A stretch of DNA of 64,000 nucleotides. It comes from Octopus sinensis (Eukaryota). The DNA is taken from NCBI RefSeq assembly GCF_006345805.1, contig NC_042999.1, forward strand, positions 137,144,001-137,208,000, read 5' to 3'. The number at the start of each line of letters is the position of its first letter. The first letter of the stretch is position 1. The notes beneath the pieces are model-generated. The model ran no database searches, was not told the DNA's origin, and saw nothing but the letters and a program-made list of their open reading frames with translations. Of this stretch, positions 25,601 to 36,760 are shown in pieces. Position numbers and translations under genes: made by a program.

Positions 25601-28166
25601 GATTGTGGAGTAAATGCAAAACATTTCTCTACTCCACTAACTATATATCACATTATTGTACACAGAAAGCTAGTTCAATCCTAGGCTACAAGTTTCATGA
25701 CTTCAGAAGAGCAGTACCCAAGGTTTTCTTTTTCTTTTTTAGAGCCTGTTCTCAAAAAAAAAAAGTGGGCTTTCAAGAAAGGTACCCAAAGACCAGGCAT
25801 TGGTCTTAAACTGCTCTATATATTAACTTTACCATCCAATAATAGGTACAGACCATTTGCTGGGCTTTTGCAGTTTCATTTATAAGTTGTGTCACAATAC
25901 AATGCTATGGTACCGGTGAATTTCCTAAGGTACTGTATTACAGGATTGAACCTGACACAATATGATTGCATAGCAAACTTAATCTCACAACTATACCCGC
26001 ATCAATAATACTTTATTCATCTGCAATAGTTCATGAAAAACAATTTTAGTGTAATTAGTTGTGTGAAATGGTAAATGTGCGACTGAATACAAGAGTTGAA
26101 TGAGAAAGTAATTTAGCATACATGAGCTAAGCTGATCTTTACAGGAGAGATGAATGTTTTGGAATGCACATGTAATAGATTATACATACTGGGCGTACAT
26201 CTCTCATGACTAAGTGGATCAAAAACATCTACAGTAAAGATAGATTAAAGAAGATTTAACATTAACTAGTGAGGTTAGATATTGTTGATCCTCATACATA
26301 AAGTTGGGAAAAATGAAGATATGAACAAATTTCTTACTATCAAACCCATACATGTATGTTAATATAAGCCGTTAAAAATACATGGATAATGATTTGCTCT
26401 GTGTCTGTATTTGTAATAGTGAATTGATATACTATAATCATATATGAAGATAACATATTCCTTCTCTAAATCTATTCCTAGATGCTGGGTTTTGTTTTAT
26501 TAATGAAATTTATGAAAGTAATAAAAGAGAAGAAACAGAAAAATTTGGTATAATTAATTTGAAGACATGGACTAAATTCACGGGAACTTAGAGAATGCTT
26601 TGATTTTGATATCAAAGGTTGCTAGTATCAGATAGACTGAGATGAGCATGTTAAGAAATTAGTTGGCAGAAATTCAATTAGTATATGGGTGAAGCTTGTG
26701 AAAGATCATCAAATAAGAGGTAGATCAAAGTTGTTAACCGAGATATTGTTTAATGTTACATTTCGTTTTGTAGATAATTTCTAGAGATACTAGTGAATGT
26801 AGAAGGGTTAATTAGTCAACCATGTCAGTATCACCAACGTAAAATAATGAAATTAAAAAAAGATAAATCAACAGTAAAATTCTGTTATTGAATTAAAATC
26901 TTTTAGAATTCCATTTGGCAAGTGCACATGTAAAGTTATCTTGAGTAATTTAATGATGCTTCAAACTAAGAGTTGTACTGAAATACTAAAAGATGAGGGT
27001 ATATAACACAGATAGTTGAAGTTGACAGGTTACTGAGAAGTCATCTGATGCCACCAATTCATATACTGTTACTGACTGTGCAAGGTGTCCATGACCTTGA
27101 CACTTAACTCTCAACAGTCATTTAGTAAGAGTCACAGGTTGCTGATTAAACATAGATTTGCTGTAAACCAAAGGTTCTCTATGGGGGCCATATGGTCTGG
27201 GGTATTTTGAAATGGGGGGAAATTTTGGAACAAAAGAGTGCTGGGGGGCGTAAGACTTGTAGGGTGCTGGAAGATCCTCAACTTAAGTAAGTTTGATTTG
27301 AAATTAACAAATAGTAGCCATATTTTCACATCTCCTCAGTTTTATAAAAGCCATGCCTTTTTGTTTCTAATTTTCAAAAACTTAATTCTTTTTTCCACTT
27401 TGGTGATACCATGCACATTCCTGGTACCATTGTAACTAATGTTACTAAAGTGAAACCCCCAAAATAAAAACAACTAAAAACATATGAATAGTGACAAATG
27501 ACTAAAAGGAATAAAAAGCAATGAATAAGAGTGAAAATCTGAATGTGTGTATATGAGTGCAAAAATATAAAGAATGGTGGTCAGAATTTTGGATGAAACT
27601 GGCTTTTGGGAGTGGCTGATAGGTATATGTGTATGTATATGATTGCAATTGAACTTAAATTGACCTCTGGCTATTAAAGGCCCAATCACACAGGCGCACG
27701 CACACACACATTTGTTTTAGGTTTTGTACTCATTTGAACTGCAGCCATACACTAATGTGTTAAGTCTTTATTCCAAAATTTAAATTCTTAATTTGTTTTA
27801 ATCATAAAATTACACTTCAGCTAAAACATATCTTTTGGCTTTGGAAAACAGAACCTCTTCTTTCTCTTTCTATATTTTTTTGTTAAGTTAGAATTTTTCT
27901 GTTTTGGTCAGGATTTTCCAATTTTTTTTTTCTTGTATTAAGCAATGGATAGAAGCATTTAAAAATAAATTAATTCATAGAGCCGAACAAAATCAAAAAT
28001 ATTAATTTTAACCATAATCCCTTTCCTTAATACTAATAAGAGCATAGTATGAGGGAAATTTGGATGTTATTTCTAGAAAATTGAACAGCCACACAGAGCC
28101 TCATTGGTTCATTTGTTGTTGTGTATAAATAAACAAAAACTAAAGGAAACACACACACATGAATGT

Positions 28167-28359
28167 ATGAAAAAAAAAGGTGTTCAGAATGATGGATGGT
28201 TGTAAATATATATATTTATTTACATATCACATATTATTTCTTCATATTAGCACTTTCAGGAGTAGTTGAAAGCGCTAATATGAAGAAATAATATGTGATA
28301 TGTAAATAAATATATATTTTTACAACCATCCAGCATTCTGAACACCTTTTTTCTTTCAT
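28167..28359. repeat. Near-perfect palindrome (arms of about 92 bp, 8-nt loop); fold-back element
   Basis: 28167-28258 is the reverse complement of 28267-28359 with only a few mismatches. Loop sequence is ggagtagt. Confidence 0.95.
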
Positions 28360-28474
28360 CTGTACATCACCCCCAATACTTCTAACATATGAATGTATGT
28401 ATACATAATCTATAGCTTGGCTCAGTCTTCAGTTCTTGTCAGTGTCCAAATATATTATATGAATGTATTTTATT

Positions 28475-28659
28475 TTTTATTGGTTTCAGTCATTTGACTG
28501 CAGCCATGCTGGAGCAATGCCTTTAGTCACACAAATCAACCCCAGAACTTATTCTTTATAAGCCTAGTGCTTATTCTATCAGTCTCTATTGCTGAACTGC
28601 TAATTTATGGGGATGTAAACACACGAACATCGGTTGTCAAGCAATAGTGGGGGGACAAA

Positions 28660-28690
<31 letters not shown>
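28475..28690 (-). mobile_element. Family B SINE 3' half ending in (TA)n
   Basis: catttgactgcagccatgctggagca.tgcctttagtc...gtaaacacac.a.catcggttgtcaagc. Confidence 0.8.
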
Positions 28691-28699
28691 AATTTGTGG

Positions 28700-30325
28700 G
28701 ATCTATTCTGTTTCACTCACAAAATCTACATTTTTAAAAGGAAGTAATAATTTTGAAAATCGATCTTTATGTGTTATGTAGTATTGAAGTTGGATGCAAA
28801 AGTATAAATTTCACAGGTTACAAACTTAAAGTTGACACCTAAGTTGACACCACTACAATGCAGAAAAATTCTGTCTCATTATTGGCCTAAGATATGCAGT
28901 TTTTTCATTTTTTTTTTTTTTTTTTTTAGACATCTGTAACTTTCTCATCAGATTTTTTCTCCAGAAGTTCACGGCTTCACAGGAAAACTGCATCAATATA
29001 ACCAATTTTCAGATTTTTTACTTCCTTTTAAAGAATGCAGATTTTGTGAATATAACAAACTAGATCCACTGTTTGTTATAGCAGCGGGTCCTTTATAACT
29101 GTTACATGGTAGCATGCTGTGTTAGAAATAGCAGCCAAATCTTTCTATTTCTGGGTTCTGGGGAACTTCGAGGTCCCCCAACACCCTCCCCCTTTCTTTT
29201 CCAAAAAATAGTGGCTTATGGCGGGTTTGGCTGTCAGATATGTTGAATGCATGTGAAAAATCCAAGGTTTTTCTTTTTCTTCTTCCTGTCCTTACCAACA
29301 AACATTCATTATATCCGTTGTGAATGTACCGCTAGTACAAATTCCTACAAACCACTTCTTAGTCATATTGTGCCTAGATTTACTACACATTTTTCTTTTA
29401 GGGATAACATCCTTTTCTTCAAAATAAAATGCAGCATCCACCTCTGTTTTCAACATTTACTTCAAACTGGTACAGTTAAATGACTTGGATGTGGCCATTC
29501 TAGGCTTTTAGGCTTTTAGGCAAGAAAGAAGTAAACAAACACAGAAAAACTTCACGAAATATATGTAAAATACTATGAAAATTCACAAAAAATACCTAAA
29601 ATAAAATTCTAATTGATATAAGCACGGATAATATATGTCTTATAAAGCTTTCATAAAAATAACAAAATCAAAATATGTACAGAGAGACCATATGCAGATG
29701 AGACGCTTCAGCACAGTGAGAGGCAAAATAGTTGTCACATGTTGCTATGGTAACTAGCTGTCAATGCCTCGCTGTCTATTGATTGGCTAAAATTACACAA
29801 ATTTTCCAACTTCAATTGCAAATAACATCAGATTCTTTAATTTACGAGATAAAGTAATTTGTTGAGTGTAATTAAAATTCCAAAGTCCATCCATAGCCCA
29901 AATTTGAAAACAATCTGAGTAAAACTAAGGGGGGCTGATTTTGTCTCTCAAACTAACTAGATCCCAAGTAGCTACTAATGCGGGTGCACTTGTAAAAATT
30001 TACCCAAATACATACAGGCGAATACATAAATATAACAAAGAAAAAATGACTTTACAAAGGATTTATCTTTATTTAGAAACCTAGAATGAACAGGTTGCAC
30101 AGGGTACAACTTTACACAAGGTAGAACCTTAAAGCTGACACCATTCACTATGACAGTTTATTATTGCCTAAAAATACGGTTCTTTGATTTTTAAATGTCG
30201 GTAACTTTTCCATCAAATTTTTTCTCAATACTTTGGTTCAAATGAGTAAGAAATGAATGTTTAATATGACAAATTTTTTACTTCATTTTAAAAGAGAGCT
30301 GATTTTGTGATTCTAACTAAATCCA
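28700..30325 (+). mobile_element. Head-to-tail array of about 3 related Helitron/Helentron-like units
   Basis: The junction motif gattttgt...aactagatcc recurs at about 29040-29067, 29937-29964 and 30301-30324. 28790-29060 is similar to 30090-30320. Confidence 0.5.
29741..29786. promoter_or_regulatory. RFX X-box (GTTGCTATGGTAAC) with a nearby inverted CCAAT box, inside the Helitron-like unit
   Basis: 29741-29754 fits the RFX palindromic consensus; ATTGG lies at 29782-29786. Motif only, no evidence of function. Confidence 0.3.
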
Positions 30326-30999
30326 AGTACAGTGAATACCATCCTCCACAATTTGCTACTCATCTGAAGTACATATGTATTTTAACAATTTCTATCAGAT
30401 ACACTCTTTTTCTTGAGCATAAAAGCTCCTCTTCCCAGGTGACAATAACTTATGTCAGATTGTTGCACAAGTTCTAACCATTTTGATAAAGGACATAGGA
30501 AACGTTTGAAATGATTTCATTAGCATTTACTTATACCAAAGAGCACTCTTTTGAAAGATCTCACAAGTGTCACATAGTGGAAATAAATGCAATTAACCAA
30601 CTTTTATAAGACCATTTATTATTTCATTTTTTTTTTGCATCCCAATATGTACTCTGCTTGCATATGGGCGCATATGTAAAATGTCCTTTATTTTTTAATC
30701 ATTATCTGCTGATATCAAAATAAATAGGATATTGAAAAATAAAAATATTTTGTAGGGGTGTCATCTGTGACTCCAAGAGTCAAAAGGAGGTGTTTGGCCA
30801 AAATGGGTTGAGAACTTTTACTCTAAACAAGCAGACTTTTGATCAAAAGGGATTTGAAATGTGATCCATTAAGTCCATACCTTTTTTTTTTAAGCAGGTG
30901 GGGTGGTATTTGAATGAGATTATGATGCTATTTTTAACAGATTAAGTGACCATGTAGAGATCCCCTCATTGGCTCAAGATATCAATTTTGCATCTATTT

Positions 31000-31205
31000 G
31001 CTTATGTTGGTATCAGTTGAAGGGTCTACTTCATTTGAACTGCATCTCATCACTGTTGTCATTCACTGTATTATGATCACTTGTCATCAGTTTCATGATG
31101 TCCAGCATTCGCTACTTCTTCCCACATTTTCCTTGATCTTCTGCAGGCCTCTTTCATGTGGTACTGCTTGATCCCGTCTTACTCAACTAACATCCTTCAT
31201 GCACA
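31000..31205 (-). mobile_element. RTE LINE 3' fragment
   Basis: The reverse strand is similar to the RTE terminus (GRPxxTW..VV) seen at 5880-6100 and 36068-36200. Confidence 0.55.
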
Positions 31206-32129
31206 TTAATTAGTATATATACATTTCAGTGCTAGAAATAGCAGCAATATAAAATTAGTAATTCATTGTTGAGTTCTGTACTATGTACCTTACTCTATAG
31301 TAAAAGCTGTTGCAGTTGGGCTAGTGTAATATGCAGGGCAGTGGTAAATGTCTCATATACCTAATATCATAGAATGATAGCTTAGGACACACTCAACAAA
31401 CCATTGCGGCTTGTGAAGGGACAGATGGATATTTAGTAAAGAATAAGGGAATAGAGCCAGTATTTTTTCTATCATTTCTTAGTATTTTTTGCTAGATATG
31501 GGTGCCACTGAGGAAACTGAGTTCTGTAGTTTATCCTGAGGTCAGGCCTGGCTGAGCAAATCTGTAGTCAATGGCATTAGTTGTGGTCATGTTCCCTCCT
31601 GGAATGTAACTTATTTTTCATAATTGTTAAGTATTTAAAAAATACCTATCTTTTTCTGGATAGGAATGTTAATTAAAATTGGTGGTTTAACTCCTGTGAG
31701 GATTTGAACTTGGAAATTTGAGGTTTGTAAGAGGAAATTTTACCACTGGGAACTGTCATTGGTAGTGACACATTTCTGAACTGTAAATGGGATGTATACT
31801 ATTGACATTTTCTTGGCTTGGTATATCTTCTTCAAATTTCAGCTTGTTACAACTCTCCAGAGGCAGTGTGAGACAAAATGTCATTGGAGATTAGAAGGGG
31901 AGGAACATGAATAAGTATATTGGTACACTAGTGATTTGAAATGGTAAAATGTTTATTAACACTCTCACATCACCAAAAATGGGTTGTTGGGTTTATTTGG
32001 GTCAAATTTCTGGCTAGAAATTCTGTTGATTCATTCCAGACACTTCTTTTAATTATGTTTTGGTATTCTTTTCACTACATTGTTCCAAAGAATGCAATAT
32101 TATTCAATGGTGTGCTCAAGTCTATACAG

Positions 32130-32310
32130 CTTTGTCAGTCTTGGGTATAATATGCAGTGTTTCTGTTTCGGCTTTGTATTTTCTATTATATGTTATTCTG
32201 CCTAATATGTATGCAGTGCCTAGTGTTGCTGTTGTTGACATATTGTGTCTATTTGTAAGTCCTGGAAATTTGGTTATACTTGTCTGTGTGATGTCATTAT
32301 TGCATTTATT
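32130..32310 (-). mobile_element. R4/Dong-type (restriction-like endonuclease) LINE C-terminal fragment
   Basis: The reverse strand gives ITKFPGLTNRHNMSTTATLGTAYILGRI, resembling the conserved ...PG....IQK..LLGTA.ILR terminus. Confidence 0.55.
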
Positions 32311-33617
32311 TGTGTACTAGCATGCAAGTATTTGTTTGATGTAACAGCTTGGTCATTCAATTGAATGAAACTTTTGAATATAATGGATCACATGCAACTG
32401 CTGTATTAGGATAAATGTTGTACAAGACAATGACCCAGATATGATAGAGGCTTGGTTGTCATACAACAAGACTCTAAAGATCAGATCTATTTTTATTTAA
32501 ACTAAATATGATAGCTCTATGAAAGGTTTCAGTAATATAAATATAATTTAAATATAAGACAATGAATTTTAGCAGAATAATAGGTACAGATGTGACTGTG
32601 TAGTAAGAATTTTGCTTCTCAACTACATTGTTCCAGGTCTAATCTCACTGTGTATATTTTGGGCAAGTTTCTTGCATTACAGTCCAACAAACATACTCTG
32701 GCAGCAAACCAACTGCTACAAAATTCAAACCAAGACAGATGGACGGATGGAATGGCCTTGAAGTCAAAGATTTTAAACTAACGGATACAATACTTGAATA
32801 TCACTTGAGGAAACACAACTGGATCTCATTATGCAAACAAACTGTTGCATAATCAAATACCTGAATTTTTGGAGAACCATGTTGGGCGGAAACAATTGTG
32901 ATTAAAAAATAACTGTCCAACTGTACTTCTTGTTGATTTCAATTTCTTCAATTATATGTGTGTGTGTGTGTGTGTATGCATGTGTGTTACTATCTCCTTG
33001 CCTTGACATTGTGTGGCAGTTGTAAACAGGTGCCACCATCATGTAAGTGGTGTCCTTCATTTCCAATCTTTTGTGAAAACATGTCTGGTCATGAGGAAAT
33101 CTTATCTTTCCTGGAACTGCTGAGCAGTAGTGACAAAAAGGGCATCTGGCTGTAAAAAATCCACCTCAACAAATTCCATATGGCCCAAGCAAGCATGGAA
33201 AAGTGAACATTTAATTAATGATGTTGATCTACAGTGATGTCCCCCATCGCATAAAAAAAAAATGTAATTACTGAAAATCAGACTTTTATAACCTCAAAAT
33301 CTAATTCACTTGTGAATTTGTGAAAACTGGAACTAAAAGATAGAGTGCAGAAGATAAGATTCAAATAAGACTCATAGAGCATTGGATGAAGGCATTAGAC
33401 TATCTTTAATCAGGTGATCTGAAGTTTAATGCATGCCTTGAATTCTCTCATCAGTTGGAAAATTTTCAATTTTAGGTGATTGGGTAGGGAAGAGATCTTA
33501 ATGATATCACTGTGTTACTTATTAAAAGAAACCTGTATAATTCTGATTTATAAATGTTGATATTTCTGGCTATAAACATGCATCATCAAAATATGCTGCA
33601 TTTGGTAAACCTTAGAT

Positions 33618-33619
<2 letters not shown>

Positions 33620-33654
<35 letters not shown>
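33620..33654. repeat. (TG)n microsatellite
   Basis: Direct reading. Confidence 0.95.
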
Positions 33655-33656
<2 letters not shown>

Positions 33657-33879
33657 GATAATCACTTTAAGGCTTTCTTTAAAACTAGAAAAAAGGATCA
33701 AACAGGTAGATTCCATAAGTATTTATAAAATTGGTCTAAAATCACTCCAATGCTCGATATGAATCTCTGTTAATTTTAAAATGTGAACTGACACTGGCAG
33801 TCAGGTAACTATTTCTCAGAATTTTTAGGCGGATTTCAATAAACTAAAATTGTGATCTTACAATAAAACAGCTTGATGA

Positions 33880-35330
33880 ATCACTCACTGAAATTTTGGA
33901 ATTTGGAGAAAATTTGATATGTCAATGGAAATTGATAAGAGTAGAGGTTGTGAATGTTATTGTGGTTAAATGTAGAAAAAGAAATCATGACTTGTTCGGT
34001 ATGGACATGATGAATATAAATAGTTTAACATTAATTCATGAGATTGAAGCTCCAGGACAGTGTGAGAGATTAAGAGATTTTAAGGCTAACACTCTTCTCA
34101 AAGGAATATCAGGCTATGTTGAGGCAAAACCGTTGCAATACACATTAAACCATTAGTCATTGCAAAGCCAAGGAAACTAATTAATAAAGGTCTTTTTGAA
34201 GAAATTCCCTTGGAGGTGGTAAATGGGCCTTTCCTTCAGTGATTGTTTGAAAAGGTGGATGAAGATATCAGTAAATGGAGACTATAAAATAGGTGTAACT
34301 GAAAGAATACATAGAGATTCTGATCCGAACACAATCATTATTTTATTCTCTTTCTGGTTTGAATTATTTTGCTAAATTGGATTTAAAGGGGGTAAATCAT
34401 CAGATGGAAATGTGATATAAAACAAGAAATTACTACAATAAATATGTTAATGGATATTATAAGGTAGACATGTCTTCCATATGGAATTAAAACAACTATC
34501 ACTATGTTTCAGAGAACTAGTGAATATGTTGGAAATGGCATTCGGATTGTTATTTATCAAGATGATATGTTATTGGTGCTAAAATTATTGAAAATGAAAG
34601 TAGATAAGATCATATAAAGAGAATTACCACTCATGATCATCAATTGAGCAATATCTGTTAGAAATGGATGAATTGTCCATTTTAAATATAGGCTGACAAT
34701 GAAGGATATATTACCACATTGTTTCGTAGGGAGAATTATGGTTATAAAACCGCTAGAGGACAAGAAGCAATTTGAACCTTTTCTTGGACTTGTTTATTTC
34801 TATTGAAGAATTATTGATCCTTATCCAGTCTGTATATTGTTGCTTGCATCATTTTGTAAGCATGGAATCAATTTCCAGCAACAAAAGACATTTGAACATA
34901 TAAAGCTGATGTTAGTATCAAAGCCAATAGCCCATATTTATGATACTGCTAAAGAAGTTTCCTGAACAACTGATATAGGTGAAAGAGCCATATCAGGAAT
35001 ACTTTCATAAGATGGCCAACCTATATTATTACATTTGAAACAAAATACTTGAATATTGGAAGGAAGACGTTGGTGATTGTATGCTGTTCTCAAAGAGCAC
35101 TGCATATATGGATCACACATCAGTTGAGAATTATTTGATTCATATGCTGGGTGGTCAGAAATAAAGGTTAAGGATAAAGAAGCAGAAACAGTAGTATTTT
35201 GCAAGGTCTGTGAATTTCATGATAATGACTTGTGTACATGGCTCAATAAAATCAGATATAAACCTATGAAAGTATCTGCATATCATCCAGAAAAAATGCT
35301 TGCAAGTTTAAAAGCGTATTCATGAAGTGA
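33880..35330 (+). mobile_element. Heavily decayed Ty3/Gypsy pol remnant (RT, RNase H, integrase pieces)
   Basis: Motifs occur in Gypsy order: WAFPSVIV (WAxPxVxV), IYQDDMLLV (YxDD, about 34550), QFEPFLGLVYFY (LRSFLGxxxYY), YDTAKEV..TTD (YDPxKPxxxxTD) and SAYHPE (PYHPQ). No LTRs recognised. Confidence 0.75.
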
Positions 35331-35689
35331 ATGTCACATACTGAGTTGCATGTTTGTTGAGCTATCACATTAACTCTTACTCAAGAAAACTTAAGTTCCA
35401 ACTCTTATATGTACTGACAAATATGATCATCAATAACAATGCTTTGTGAAACTGTAGTTCCAGTTTGGTATTGATGCAAAAAAAAGATAATTAAATAAAA
35501 GGCACTAGATGTATTTCTCAAACAAGAACAGAAACAACTGTGATTCTTAAGGATGAATAAAGTACATCAAATGTAGATCTTGAAGGATCTAATATTTTAA
35601 TAGAGGGAAAAAGTACAGAATTGGGTCTGAAAGCTTTGAATGAAGTTCAAGGCTCCATTGAAAAGAATTGTGGTTTGATAACTGATCAC

Positions 35690-36760
35690 CATCATCATCA
35701 TTTGATGTCTGCTTCCCATGCTAGCATGAGTTGGATGGTTTGACATGGAGCTGGCTAACAGGAAGCTATCCAGACTCCGTCTGTTGTGGCATGGTTTCTA
35801 TGGCTAGATTCCCTTCCTAATGCCAGTCACTTAAGTGTACTGAGTGCTTTTACATCCCACCAGCATGGGTTCATTCACACAGTGTAGGCACGGGTGTGTT
35901 TACACTGTGCAGGTATGGGTGTGTTTACACTGCACCAACACAGGTGCATTAATGCAGCACTAGCATGGATGCTTTTTAAATAGCTCTGGCACCTGAAAGG
36001 ACAAGCTTGTATGTGTGGAAGACAGTGATTTTAATTAGCTTGACATGTCTTTATTAAGTACAGCAAATTGCCACATCTTCTGGTCCATTGTCATTTCCTC
36101 AGTGAGGCCCAGCATTTGAGGATCTGTTCTCACCATTTCATCCCATGTCTTTTTTGGATCTACCCCTTTCAAAGGTATCCTCCACAATTACAGTTTGGCA
36201 CTTCTTTACACAGCTGTCTTCATCCATACACATCACATAACCAAACCAGTGCAATCTTCTCTCTTGCAACCAACATCTGATGTCTCTTATACCCAGTTTT
36301 CCTCTTAAATCATTTCCACTCTGTCCTGCATACACACTGACATTACCCATTCAGTAGAGCATGCTAGCTTCATTTCTTTGAAGCCTTTGCAAGTCCTCTG
36401 TAGTCAAAGCCCATGTTTTATTGTGTAACATAGTTGTATATACACAGGCATCATATAATCTGCCTTTCACTCTGAAGGAGAGGCCCTTAGTTATCAACAA
36501 CAGTAGAAGCTCTCTGAACTTTGTCTAGCTCATTCCTATCCTAGCTACTAAACTTTCAGCACTTCCCCCACTACTGCTAACTTGGTGTCCTAAGTAACAG
36601 ATGCTATCTACTACTTCTAATGTTCACTCCAAGTATTTGAGGGAGCCTATTGTCTGTGCATTTTTAGTGCTTATTGTATCTGCACATTTGCTGCACACAG
36701 ACTATATTCTCCGTTAACTTTCCGGTAATCCCACTACACCTCTTATGTGTCAAAAACTTA
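35690..36760 (-). mobile_element. RTE-type LINE 3' portion with tail
   Basis: LRGKLGIRDIRCWLQERRLHWFGYVMCMDEDSCVKKC..VIVE....RGRSKK, followed by the (GAT)n-type tail at about 35690. Confidence 0.85.

Noticed and set aside
27943-28005. QWIEAFKNKL... resembling a PH-domain C-terminal helix after a T-rich acceptor
   Set aside because: Only 20 codons, no donor, and no other PH-domain exons seen; likely chance.
31979-32017. ATG GGT TGT as a possible NKAIN exon 1 start (MGC...)
   Set aside because: The frame stops after 12 codons and has no LQL|GT end.
32091-32254. Hydrophobic + strand exon candidate (ECNIIQWCAQV...VVDILCLF|gtaagt) that is in frame with the NKAIN exon
   Set aside because: It is largely the antisense of an R4/Dong-type LINE terminus. 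The TG-rich composition explains the V/C/L-rich open frame, and it does not resemble NKAIN exon 1. Rare exonisation is not excluded.
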